Source of the DNA: an uncultured SAR86 cluster bacterium
Lineage (GTDB): Bacteria > Pseudomonadota > Gammaproteobacteria > Magnimaribacterales > D2472
Direction of reading: 5' to 3'
Assembly: GCA_902557645.1 (NCBI GenBank)
Contig: CACEAP010000005.1
Location: 10,181-74,180 of the forward strand
Length of the DNA stretch: 64,000 nt
The notes under the pieces were generated by a model, which worked only from the letters and a program-made list of their open reading frames with translations, did no database searches and had not been told where the DNA came from. Positions within the stretch are counted from its first letter, which is position 1; every line of letters begins with the position of its first letter. Below, in pieces: positions 36,316 through 45,703 of the stretch. The translations under genes were made by a program, and so were the position numbers.

Positions 36316-37962
36316 TTGAAAAAATATTTATTACTTTTACTTTGTATTCCGCTAACTTCACAAGAGTTAGCGGATGTATTGTGGAGTAAAGCACAACTAT
36401 CAAATACATTTCATTACGCTGATATATCTAAAGCAGCTATAGATCTTCCAAATAATGGAAAATCATTTTCTGGTATTTTAAAAGTTGATCAGCCTGCTAT
36501 TGGTATTGGTTATAACGTAATAATAGATAGTAGGAAAATTTATCAAGATAATCATAAAAATATTCCAAAATTTGAAATAGAAATATCTTCCCTTGACGGT
36601 AAAGTTTATCCAAAAAATACAAAAATCATTGAAACAAACCATTTATTTTGGAATATACAATTTGGAGTTGGCTCCTCTAAACTTGAAATCTCTTCTTCTA
36701 ATACATTAATTACTCTACCTTTTAGTCTTATTCATAAATCAGCAAATTGTATACATAATGGCATTGGGGTATTTTCTATTTCAAATGATAATCAAATATC
36801 TAATATAATTTTTGAAATAGCTAGTGAAACTTGTGCATATTATAAGTTTGATTATGTAGGTTTATATTCTGCCAATTTTCAATTCACAAACGCTCTTCCA
36901 AATTTATCTAATAATAGTGATAAGAATATAATTTCTATAGAAAATCTATACAAACGATACAACTTAACCAATAAATCTTTTTTAAATTCAGATTATATTG
37001 ATCCTTCTAATGTCACTATGTTTGGTCTTATAGATAGTAATAATCACTATGTTAGTTCTTGCATGACAAGATTAGGCAATTACCCATTTTGTGATCAAAT
37101 TTTATTACCATCTTATTCTTTAGCTAAATCAATAGCAGGCACTTTTTCTTTATCTCTTTTAGAATCACAATATGGCTCAATTTCAAATTTATACGTATCT
37201 GATTTAGTCCCAGAATGTTATGGACGTAAATGGAAGAATGTGACACTTAATAATCTATCTGATATGTCTACTGGCCAATATTTTAACTCTATTCATGACT
37301 TTGACGAGAGTAGTGTCGCTTCATCAGAAGTTATTTTCATGTTTGAAGAACATAAAGATAAAATCAAGAAAGCTTGTTCGGCTTTTCCAAAAAAAACAAA
37401 ACCTGGAACCCGTTTTGTTTATCACACTTCAGATACCTACATTTTAGGACTTGCTTTAAACAACTTCTTGCAATCTAATTCAAATAGAAAAGATTATTTT
37501 AATGATGTCTTAATACCATTTCTTGAATCAAATAATTTAAGTCAAACTTCTCAATCAGTTTTGGCAACCAATGACAACATTAAACAGTCATATACTGGAT
37601 GGGGTATGTTTTTTTTAAGATCTGATTTAGATCGCTTAGCAACAATTATTCATAATATAAAGAATAACTCATCTACACAATTAACCTATTTATATGATGC
37701 ATTAAATCCAAATGATAATAATTCGTTACTGGCAATTCCCTCTGTTAATATCTATTACAATAATGGCTTCTGGTCACGTAAATTTGATAAGAATATCTTT
37801 AATTGTTCTGAGGATGTTTGGATTCCATTTATGTCAGGTTTTGGCGGAATAACTTTTGCTTTTTTTCCTAACGGTATGAGTTATTACTATTTTAGTGATG
37901 GGTATGAATTTGCTTGGGAATCAGCTATATTTTCATCACATTCTATTAAACCTTTTTGTTAA
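36316..37962 (+). CDS. Secreted beta-lactamase-fold serine hydrolase with an extra N-terminal domain
   Basis: 548 aa from a TTG start, with a signal peptide. An SxxK motif (LPSYSLAKSIAG) lies near residue 270 and a YxS/N-like motif (VYHTSDTYILG) follows downstream. The preceding roughly 250 aa are unassigned. Confidence 0.55.
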   Translation: MKKYLLLLLCIPLTSQELADVLWSKAQLSNTFHYADISKAAIDLPNNGKSFSGILKVDQPAIGIGYNVIIDSRKIYQDNHKNIPKFEIEISSLDGKVYPKNTKIIETNHLFWNIQFGVGSSKLEISSSNTLITLPFSLIHKSANCIHNGIGVFSISNDNQISNIIFEIASETCAYYKFDYVGLYSANFQFTNALPNLSNNSDKNIISIENLYKRYNLTNKSFLNSDYIDPSNVTMFGLIDSNNHYVSSCMTRLGNYPFCDQILLPSYSLAKSIAGTFSLSLLESQYGSISNLYVSDLVPECYGRKWKNVTLNNLSDMSTGQYFNSIHDFDESSVASSEVIFMFEEHKDKIKKACSAFPKKTKPGTRFVYHTSDTYILGLALNNFLQSNSNRKDYFNDVLIPFLESNNLSQTSQSVLATNDNIKQSYTGWGMFFLRSDLDRLATIIHNIKNNSSTQLTYLYDALNPNDNNSLLAIPSVNIYYNNGFWSRKFDKNIFNCSEDVWIPFMSGFGGITFAFFPNGMSYYYFSDGYEFAWESAIFSSHSIKPFC

Positions 37963-37969
37963 ATAAACT

Positions 37970-39133
37970 ATGAGTAATTCATCATTATCAACAACCTTTG
38001 ATCAATCAAGTTTTATAGCAGCAATTTTCTATAGTATTTTAGCGACTGCAGGTTTATTTTATGTAAATCTGGGTGGAGCATTTTTGTCTGCCTTTGTTGA
38101 TGGTTTAGGTGTTGAAAGAGATACAGCAGGCTTTATTGTGAGTGCAAATAAATATGGAGCTGCTTTTGGTGCCTTGATCGCAACCTTTATAGTTAAGAAT
38201 GTAGAATGGAGAAAAGCTGTTAGATTATTATTTATCGGATTAATAGTTTTTGATCTTATTTCAACACAGATTACAAATCCAAATATATTAATTTTAGTAC
38301 GTTTTATCCATGGAACAATTGGTGGGCTTTCAGTAGGAATAGGATTATCAATAATTGCAAGAACATATAATCCTGACAAAATATTTGGAATGCTCTTAGC
38401 TGTTCAATATTCATTTGGCAGTATTGGCATTCTTGCTGTTCCTAGACTTGTTGATGCATATGGTCAAGGCGCTTTATTTGCAACATTAATATGTTTCACT
38501 TTAATGACATTGATCATCTTGCCTTTTATTCCAGATGTAGATTCAAACAGCGAAACACCAAAAAATAAATCTAATTTTTATCAAATACCCTTATCTGGAC
38601 TTCTGGTCTTATCCTTATGTTGTCTATTCTTATTTCAAGCAGCAAATATGGGTGTTGCTGATTATGCTTTCGAGTTAGGTAAAGATATTGGATTGGATAA
38701 AAATGAGATATCAAACCTATTAACGATTGCTAACTTTATTTCAATTTTAGGTGGAGTACTAGTTTATATAATAGGAATTAAATTTGGTAGAACAATCCCT
38801 CTTTGTTTTGGAATATTCACCGCTGCAGTATTTACGTATTTACTTCACTATTCTGATAATGTTAATAATTATTTTATAGCGAACACTATGACTGGAATAG
38901 CATGGGGTTTTACAATTCCTTATTTATTAGGCTTATGTGCAACTTTTGACAAATTTGGCCAAATGGCTGCTTTAGCAGGGTTTATATCTAAATTAGGATT
39001 AGCATCAGGACCCCTGATTGGTGCACTTTTTATAATGACGCAAGGCTTTAGTTTTATTATTAATTTAGCAACTATAGCTTTAATAATTGCTTTATTATTT
39101 GGGGCTTATGTAGGTATGAAAAAAGAAAATTAG
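37970..39133 (+). CDS. MFS transporter
   Basis: 387 aa with about 12 TM arranged as two 6-TM halves. Confidence 0.7.
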   Translation: MSNSSLSTTFDQSSFIAAIFYSILATAGLFYVNLGGAFLSAFVDGLGVERDTAGFIVSANKYGAAFGALIATFIVKNVEWRKAVRLLFIGLIVFDLISTQITNPNILILVRFIHGTIGGLSVGIGLSIIARTYNPDKIFGMLLAVQYSFGSIGILAVPRLVDAYGQGALFATLICFTLMTLIILPFIPDVDSNSETPKNKSNFYQIPLSGLLVLSLCCLFLFQAANMGVADYAFELGKDIGLDKNEISNLLTIANFISILGGVLVYIIGIKFGRTIPLCFGIFTAAVFTYLLHYSDNVNNYFIANTMTGIAWGFTIPYLLGLCATFDKFGQMAALAGFISKLGLASGPLIGALFIMTQGFSFIINLATIALIIALLFGAYVGMKKEN

Positions 39134-39973
39134 ATGAGTATTTTAAGAGTAGCCTCATTACAACTTGAGTTAAAAAAAACCAATAACTTTAAATATGTCG
39201 TTGAAGCTATAGAAAAGTGTTTTGAAGATGATAAAAGCATTGAGTTAATTATTCTTAGTGAGTTAGCAGTAGGCGGTGCAGGAGCAAAAAATACAAATTA
39301 TGAATTAAATAAATATCTAGAGTCTTTCCAAAACTTAGCAAAAAAATTAAATGTCTGGTTAATTCCTGGATCATTTTATGAAAATGATAATGGACAAATT
39401 TTTAATACAGCCCCAATTATTAATTCAAATGGCGAGCTCGTTACAAAAGCAAAAAAACTATACCCTTGGCTTCCTTATGAATGTGATGTTGCGCATGCAG
39501 ATAATATTTGTGTCTTTGAAATACCTGATAAAGGCTTAGTGGGTGTTCATATTTGTTATGACCTCTGGTTTCCAGAAACCAGCAGGGCATTAGCATTAGC
39601 TGGAGCAGAACTAATAATTAATCCAACTTTAACACCAACTAAAGATAGAGATATTGAAACACTTATGGTTAGAACAACAGCTGCACAGCAACAACTATAT
39701 TATATTGATGTTAATAGCTGTGGTGAGCAAGGTTGTGGTAAATCAATAGTTGCTGACCCTCATGGAAATATCATGCATAATTCAGGTAATGAAGAAGATA
39801 TTTTTACTGTAGATATAGATTTTAACGTAGCAAATAATTCCAGAAGAAATGGTTTTATGGGATTAGGGCAAAATCTTAAAAGTTATAGAGATAAACCTTT
39901 CAGCATTAAAAATACAATTAATAAAAATTACCTAGATAATCTAGGTAGGCTGGATATCAATAAGGATAAATAA
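39134..39973 (+). CDS. Carbon-nitrogen hydrolase (nitrilase-superfamily amidase)
   Basis: The Glu-Lys-Cys triad context is present: IILSELAVGG, KKLYPW, GVHICYDLWFPE. Confidence 0.8.
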   Translation: MSILRVASLQLELKKTNNFKYVVEAIEKCFEDDKSIELIILSELAVGGAGAKNTNYELNKYLESFQNLAKKLNVWLIPGSFYENDNGQIFNTAPIINSNGELVTKAKKLYPWLPYECDVAHADNICVFEIPDKGLVGVHICYDLWFPETSRALALAGAELIINPTLTPTKDRDIETLMVRTTAAQQQLYYIDVNSCGEQGCGKSIVADPHGNIMHNSGNEEDIFTVDIDFNVANNSRRNGFMGLGQNLKSYRDKPFSIKNTINKNYLDNLGRLDINKDK

Positions 39974-41337
39974 TGAGTTTAAAAAAATTAGCTAAGATAG
40001 ATCAAACAAATCTATTTCATCCTATAACAAATTTAAAATCTCATGCAGAAGATGAAGATATATTAATTCTTGATAAAGGAGAGGGAGTATATGTATATGA
40101 TACTAATGGTAAAAAATATCTTGAGGGTTTGGCTGGTCTTTGGTGCACATCATTAGGCTATGGTGTTCAAGAATTAGCTGATGCTGCTTCAGAACAAATG
40201 GCAAAACTCGGTTATGCCTCTTTATTTACATCAAAAAGTCATGAACCAGCTATTAGATTAGCTGAAAAGTTAATTGATATGTCTCCATATAATAACGGTA
40301 AAGTTTTTTTTGGAAACTCAGGTTCAGATGCTAATGATACTCAATTAAAAATATTTACTTATTACAATAATGCTTTAGGAAATACTAAAAAGAAAAAAAT
40401 TATTTCAAGACTAAAAGGATATCATGGTGTTACTGTCGCAAGTGCAAGTATGACTGGTCTTCCTGCACAACATAAACTTTTTGATCTACCAGCGGAAGGT
40501 TTTTCACATATCGATACTCCTCATTATTATCATGGAGCAAAAGATAATGAATCTGAAAGTGAATTTGTTCAACGTCTTGCTAATAATTTAGATTCATTAA
40601 TATATAAAGAGGGCTCTGAGAATATAGCTGCAATGATTGCAGAACCATTAATGGGAGCAGGTGGCGTTATTATTCCTCCTAAAGATTATTTTCCTGCTAT
40701 ACAGTCTGTTCTTGATAAATATTCCATACCTCTTATTGACGATGAGGTAGTGTGTGCATTCGGAAGAACAGGAAATGTTTGGGGAGCTGAAACATTTGAT
40801 ATGAAACCATCATCTATAACTATTGCTAAAGCACTTTCTTCTGGTTATCTTCCAATTAGTGCTGTAATTATTCCAGATGAAATATATGAACCTGTTAGAG
40901 ATGCAAGTGGAGATATAGGTATATTTGGTCATGGTTATACTTACTCTGGTCATCCAGTAGCCTGCGCTGTAGCAATAAAAACACTTGAAATATATGAAAG
41001 AGATAATATTTTTCAACATGCTGCCTCTATGGGAGATTATTTTCAAACTAGAGTAAATAAATTAAATTCATTTGATAGTGTAGGAGAAGCTAGAGGTGTT
41101 GGATTGATCTGTGGAATTGAACTAGTAAGCAATAAAACAACAAAAAAAGGGTTTGATCCAATGGGTTCTGCTGGACGTGTAGTTGCTAAAGCATGTCAAG
41201 ATGAGGGGTTGATTGTAAGAGCTATTGGTGATGTTTTAGCAATGTGCCCACCATTAATTATTACAAAAAAAGAAATTGATGAAATGTTTGATATGTTTGA
41301 GATAGCATTAACTAAAGCTGAAGAGGTTATTCTTTAA
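39973..41337 (+). CDS. Class-III (omega) aminotransferase, SpuC-like amine:pyruvate transaminase
   Basis: GLWCTSLGYG, SGSDANDT, GYHGVT, AEPLMGAGGVIIPP, DEVVCAFGRTG, IAKALSSGYLP and HGYTYSGHPVA all follow the SpuC/omega-TA pattern. Confidence 0.8.
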   Translation: MSLKKLAKIDQTNLFHPITNLKSHAEDEDILILDKGEGVYVYDTNGKKYLEGLAGLWCTSLGYGVQELADAASEQMAKLGYASLFTSKSHEPAIRLAEKLIDMSPYNNGKVFFGNSGSDANDTQLKIFTYYNNALGNTKKKKIISRLKGYHGVTVASASMTGLPAQHKLFDLPAEGFSHIDTPHYYHGAKDNESESEFVQRLANNLDSLIYKEGSENIAAMIAEPLMGAGGVIIPPKDYFPAIQSVLDKYSIPLIDDEVVCAFGRTGNVWGAETFDMKPSSITIAKALSSGYLPISAVIIPDEIYEPVRDASGDIGIFGHGYTYSGHPVACAVAIKTLEIYERDNIFQHAASMGDYFQTRVNKLNSFDSVGEARGVGLICGIELVSNKTTKKGFDPMGSAGRVVAKACQDEGLIVRAIGDVLAMCPPLIITKKEIDEMFDMFEIALTKAEEVIL

Positions 41338-41366
41338 TTAATGATACTTTATGTTAAATTACAAAA

Positions 41367-42455
41367 ATGTTAATAGGCGTACCTACTGAAATTAAAAATA
41401 ATGAATATAGAGTTGGATTAACTCCTGATTCTGTTTCATCAATAGTTAATTCTGGTCATACAGTATTCATTCAAAAAGGTGCTGGTTTAGGCATTGGGTT
41501 TACTGATGAGAATTATACTAATTCCGGTGCATTAATTATTAATTCTGCTAAAGAGGTTTACCAAAAATCTGAATTAATAATCAAAGTAAAAGAGCCTGTA
41601 GAATCAGAATATGAATATTTACACAAAGATCTAACTTTATTCACTTATCTGCATTTAGCTGCAGATTCAGATATGGCAAAGAAGTTTATAGAAACTGGTG
41701 TTAGAGGTATAGCCTATGAAACTGTTACCTCAGATGATGGCTCGATGCCTCTTTTAGCCCCTATGAGCGCAATAGCAGGACAAATAAGCATAGTTGTAGG
41801 CTCATATCACTTACTAAAACACAATAAAGGTAAGGGTGTGCTCATTGGCGGCATGAATGATATAGCACCCAGAACAATTAGTATTATAGGTGGAGGCGTT
41901 GCTGGCACTGAAGCTCTTAGTAAAGCATTAGACAATAAAGCTCATGTAAAAGTAATAGATTTATCTCAAAAAAGGCTGGACGAACTCAAAGAGAAATTTG
42001 GAACTGATAATATGGAATATATATTGTCAACGCCTGAATCAATTAAAGATGCTGTATCTGAGTCTGACTTAGTTATTGGAGCAGTCTACATTCCTGGAAA
42101 AGAGGCTCCACAAATAGTTACATCAGAAATGATAAGTAATATGAAGCCAGGATCTGTAATTGTAGATATATCAATTGATCAAGGGGGTTGTATTGAAACT
42201 AGTAATCCAACAACTCATGATGCACCAACTTTTTTAGTGAATGATGTTGTACATTACTGTGTAACAAATATGCCGGGCGCAGTACCTCTAACAGCTACAT
42301 TAGCCTTGAACAAAGCCACACTCTCATACATATTAGAAATTGCTAATAATGGAATTGAAACAACTTTAAGCAAGAATCCTCATATTAAAAATGGCCTAAA
42401 TTGCGAAAATGGTCAACCTAAACATCCTGGCGTTTTAGAAATTTTTAATAAATAA
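41367..42455 (+). CDS. ald: Alanine dehydrogenase
   Basis: MLIGVPTEIKNNEYRVGLTP at the N-terminus and a Rossmann motif IIGGGVAGTEA. 362 aa. Confidence 0.85.
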   Translation: MLIGVPTEIKNNEYRVGLTPDSVSSIVNSGHTVFIQKGAGLGIGFTDENYTNSGALIINSAKEVYQKSELIIKVKEPVESEYEYLHKDLTLFTYLHLAADSDMAKKFIETGVRGIAYETVTSDDGSMPLLAPMSAIAGQISIVVGSYHLLKHNKGKGVLIGGMNDIAPRTISIIGGGVAGTEALSKALDNKAHVKVIDLSQKRLDELKEKFGTDNMEYILSTPESIKDAVSESDLVIGAVYIPGKEAPQIVTSEMISNMKPGSVIVDISIDQGGCIETSNPTTHDAPTFLVNDVVHYCVTNMPGAVPLTATLALNKATLSYILEIANNGIETTLSKNPHIKNGLNCENGQPKHPGVLEIFNK

Positions 42456-42527
42456 AATCTTAATATATTCCTTGTAGAATTTTTTTAAATCTCTGTATAT
42501 AATTTTATTGGGTGTCGTGTTTATAGA

Positions 42528-42721
42528 TTGACATGGGGATTTATAAATACTTTTATTTTTACCCTACGAAGGAGGTGGTCCTATTAGTATTAATATTAAA
42601 TCAGGAAACGGAGGATTCACCTTTTGACAAGAGGTAAATCATAAGTTTTCGACTGTAAGTTACTAAATTTTGTAACAAACAGATTTTTTAAACCCTCAAA
42701 TTAACTTTTGAGGGTTTTTTT
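42528..42721 (+). promoter_or_regulatory. Candidate cis-regulatory leader RNA (class unknown): promoter-like TTGACA-17-TTTTAT, two hairpins, then a terminator
   Basis: TTGACA at 42528-42533. A long bulged hairpin spans 42570-42625 (AGGAGGUGGUCCU / AGGAUUCACCUUUU). A second hairpin spans 42653-42682 (CUGUAAGUUAC / GUAACAAACAG). The terminator is at 42690-42721. All were folded by hand. Confidence 0.4.
42690..42721 (+). terminator. Rho-independent terminator 11 nt upstream of the EamA start codon
   Basis: AAACCCUCAAA-UUAACU-UUUGAGGGUUU followed by a U-run extending to 42721. Confidence 0.8.
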
Positions 42722-42732
42722 ATATTCTATAT

Positions 42733-43596
42733 ATGCAAATTAAGTATTGGTTATTATTAATTCTGCTTGGTGCAGTTTGGGGCAGTTCTTTTATATTTAT
42801 AAAAATTGCAACTCCTGAATTTGGTCCTATAGCTTTTGTTGGATTAAGGCTACTCCTTGCAGGTTCATTATTTCTGCCATTTTTATTAATGCCGAAATAT
42901 TTAAATCAAATTCATGGACATATATATAAAATTTTATTTCTAAGTTTATTTAATACAGCTATTCCTTTTACTCTTTTTTCATATGCTTCTTTGTACTCAA
43001 ATTCAAACATGTTGGCAATTTTAAATTCAACGGCAGCTCTATTTACAATGATAATTGCTTATTTATGGATAAATGAACCAGTTAGTAAAAAGCAATTATT
43101 GGGTTTAGTTATAGGATTTATTGGTATTTTAATAATAGTTAATCCATTTAATACACAAACAACTCTTATAGCTAGTTTAGCTTGTCTTTTAGCTGCATCA
43201 TCATATGGAACTGCTAATGTATTTATTCAAAAATTTGCTACAGATGTTAATAAATTAGTTTTAATAGGATGGTCACTAATTTTTGGTGGTTTAATTTTTT
43301 TACCATACACCATTATTTCTTTTCCAGAAGTAACACCATCAAAAGAGGCAATTCTTAGTCTTATATGGGCAGGAGCAGTTGGAACTGGCTTAGCTTTTAT
43401 TGGTTATATTCGTTTAATAGAAAAAATTGGTGCTGTTAAGACCTCAACTGTTGCTTATTTTTTACCCGTATTTGGCATTATTTGGGGTAATTTATTTTTA
43501 GATGAATTAATCACTTTCATCATTATATTTGGTTGTATTACAGTTTTAATTGGTATCTTTATAGCCAATTCGAATAAGCCGTCTGCTGAGTTGTAA
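42733..43596 (+). CDS. EamA/DMT-superfamily transporter
   Basis: 287 aa with 10 TM and two EamA repeats (WGSSFIFIK..., and WAGAVGTGLAFIGYIRLIEKIGAVKTS in the second half). Confidence 0.8.
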   Translation: MQIKYWLLLILLGAVWGSSFIFIKIATPEFGPIAFVGLRLLLAGSLFLPFLLMPKYLNQIHGHIYKILFLSLFNTAIPFTLFSYASLYSNSNMLAILNSTAALFTMIIAYLWINEPVSKKQLLGLVIGFIGILIIVNPFNTQTTLIASLACLLAASSYGTANVFIQKFATDVNKLVLIGWSLIFGGLIFLPYTIISFPEVTPSKEAILSLIWAGAVGTGLAFIGYIRLIEKIGAVKTSTVAYFLPVFGIIWGNLFLDELITFIIIFGCITVLIGIFIANSNKPSAEL

Positions 43597-43640
43597 TTCC
43601 TTATTGGAAAGTCTATATTTATATTATCTATGGAGTTTTT

Positions 43641-44012
43641 ATGGCTACAATAAATGAGTTATTAGATATTGCAAATGATTCTGTAACTCGTGTTGATTTT
43701 GATACTGCAAATGAAATGATTCTAAATGGCGCATATATAGTTGATGTACGTGAAGAATCTGAGGTTGCTCAATCAGGTAAAATTAAAGATGCTATTCATA
43801 TTCCAAGAGGATTAATAGAATTTCAATTAAGCGCTGAATCAACAACCAACCCTTTAGATATCAATAAAGATTCTGATCTTCTTATATATTGTGCCGCAGG
43901 AATTAGGGCTGCTTTAGCTGCAAAGACTCTTCAAGACCTAGGTTTTAAAAATGTTTACAACCTCGGTGGATTATCTGAATGGGTTAGCAGTGGCGGAGCT
44001 ATAGAACCCTAG
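43641..44012 (+). CDS. Single-domain rhodanese-like sulfurtransferase
   Basis: 123 aa with the active-site loop CAAGIRA (CxxxxR). A GGAG SD lies upstream. Confidence 0.75.
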   Translation: MATINELLDIANDSVTRVDFDTANEMILNGAYIVDVREESEVAQSGKIKDAIHIPRGLIEFQLSAESTTNPLDINKDSDLLIYCAAGIRAALAAKTLQDLGFKNVYNLGGLSEWVSSGGAIEP

Positions 44013-45703
44013 GGCTTAAAGTCATTATTATAAAAATTATTCATTGATTTAAATAAATTTTCTTCATAAATTTTGGTATATGACATTTCAGTTTGATAAT
44101 TCATTTGCATAGTTTTTTGATCAGAAAATCTTGGCCAACCAAACTTGCTCAAATCTCCAGTTTTTGCAAAGTTTGTCCAATCTAATCTCATTTGCCTGCC
44201 TATATCATCATCGATATTATTTTTTGGCCAACCAGGTATAAACGAATTAAATAAATACATTATTTCAGCACCATGAGTTGCACCTATAATTTGTTTTGAT
44301 GATGCTGGAGCTCGATTAAAATAATAAAAATAAGTATCTGCATTAACTTTGCTATGATTTGTTGCAGAATAATAACTTGAGCTACCAAAATTTAAATCAC
44401 CCCATAGTTTTTGAGATGCTAAATATTTATCAAGTTTTATATTTTTAGCCCAATCAATATACTCAGAGGGAATTTTGGTTGATTGGTCTGTAATAGCAAG
44501 TTTCCATATAGTACTAGTCCAATCTGAATCATTTTCATTTTGATCTTTAGTATAAAATAATGGCAGCAAACTAGAACCTTCAAAGCTATTAAAACCTATC
44601 AATAATGGCACATTATGTGTTTTACCATAACGTGATACGTTTAAATCTGAATCTTCAAAAACCCACCCATCAATAACTGGCATCCAGTAACTTGATATTT
44701 GCCAATCATCTTCACTTGTTACATTTTCACCAATAGACAAGCTTCCAACCTGTATTAGATTTTCTGCTGATATTTTTCTAAGATTATTTAAGAGATTTTC
44801 ATCTTCTATAACACCTAGAGTTCTTACAAAGTCTCTACCAGCATCTTCAGCTGACTTTACTGAACCATTTGAGGTATTTAAATTAATATAATTTCTTATA
44901 CCATAACTGCTCTGCGCAATAGCTTTATGAAATAAACCTTTTGATAAAGGTGATGACATTAATTGTCTTACAGAATGTCCGCCAGCAGATTCACCAAATA
45001 TAGTAATATTATCAGGATCACCACCAAAGGCTTCTATATTATCTTTTATCCATTTAAGTGCATGTATTTGATCTAGAGTGCCATAGTTACCAGAGGAATT
45101 ATTTTTTGACTCAGCAGAAAGAGCTGGATGCGCAAAATATCCCATAGAACCTAATCTATAATTAATTGATACAATAATTACATCATTTTTAACCAGATCT
45201 TCATTTAAATAGGAACCAGATCCATTACCGTATCTATAACCACCACCATGAATCCACATCATTACTGGTAGTTTTTTATTAATATTTTTTGGGGTAACTA
45301 TATTTAAATAAAGACAATCTTCTGATTGATTATCTTCGCCATTTAAAAATGGCATAAGACCAGCCCCCAGATATATTAATTTTTTAGAAAACCAGCTCAT
45401 TCCTGAACCTTCGATCCATAGTTCAATAAAAGCATTTAAACCATACTCAACAGGTTGCATACATGAATTGGGTAACTCAATTGCTAAAAGTTTATCATTC
45501 CAACCTTTATGTTCTAGAGGAGGTTTCCATCTAAGCTGATTTATCGGAGGTTCAGCATAAGGTATACCCTCAAAAATATTTACAGCATTTCCCTCGTAAC
45601 CATATATATCACCTTGACTTATAGTTATCTTTTCGGTGAGCACTTTATCTTTTTCAGCACAACCAACCAAAAAGATAAATAATAGAGCACATAAATATTT
45701 CAT
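44009..45703 (-). CDS. Type-B carboxylesterase/lipase-family lipoprotein
   Basis: The nucleophile motif is FGESAGG and the oxyanion region is HGGGY. ATG 45703 is preceded by AAGGGGG, and the lipobox is FLVGC. Confidence 0.85.
   Translation of the reverse strand: MKYLCALLFIFLVGCAEKDKVLTEKITISQGDIYGYEGNAVNIFEGIPYAEPPINQLRWKPPLEHKGWNDKLLAIELPNSCMQPVEYGLNAFIELWIEGSGMSWFSKKLIYLGAGLMPFLNGEDNQSEDCLYLNIVTPKNINKKLPVMMWIHGGGYRYGNGSGSYLNEDLVKNDVIIVSINYRLGSMGYFAHPALSAESKNNSSGNYGTLDQIHALKWIKDNIEAFGGDPDNITIFGESAGGHSVRQLMSSPLSKGLFHKAIAQSSYGIRNYINLNTSNGSVKSAEDAGRDFVRTLGVIEDENLLNNLRKISAENLIQVGSLSIGENVTSEDDWQISSYWMPVIDGWVFEDSDLNVSRYGKTHNVPLLIGFNSFEGSSLLPLFYTKDQNENDSDWTSTIWKLAITDQSTKIPSEYIDWAKNIKLDKYLASQKLWGDLNFGSSSYYSATNHSKVNADTYFYYFNRAPASSKQIIGATHGAEIMYLFNSFIPGWPKNNIDDDIGRQMRLDWTNFAKTGDLSKFGWPRFSDQKTMQMNYQTEMSYTKIYEENLFKSMNNFYNNDFKP

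Noticed and set aside
42530-42625. Partial resemblance of the leader to known riboswitch cores: glycine (ACGAAGGAG ... UCAGGAAACGGAG), Mn2+ yybP-ykoY (UUGACAU / GGGGA) and guanidine-I (GGUCC ... ACGGAGGA).
   Set aside because: Only short fragments match. The invariant elements are absent or in the wrong order (for example, the GGAGAG plus closing P1 of the glycine riboswitch, and the order of the yybP elements). The downstream gene class is also atypical for these riboswitches. This needs a covariance-model search and cannot be called by eye.
42533-42637. A 34-codon mini-ORF in the EamA leader, MGIYKYFYFYPTKEVVLLVLILNQETEDSPFDKR. Six of seven consecutive codons are Tyr or Phe, which is tempting as an aromatic-amino-acid attenuation leader peptide, given the TyrR-type boxes elsewhere and the fact that YddG-type EamA proteins export aromatic amino acids.
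   Set aside because: There is no Shine-Dalgarno sequence upstream. The ATG overlaps the best -35 candidate. I could find no convincing anti-terminator pairing that ribosome stalling would favour, since only 4-5-bp alternatives to the terminator stem exist. TAT and TTT codons are also expected by chance in AT-rich DNA. I keep it only as a hypothesis to test alongside the leader finding.
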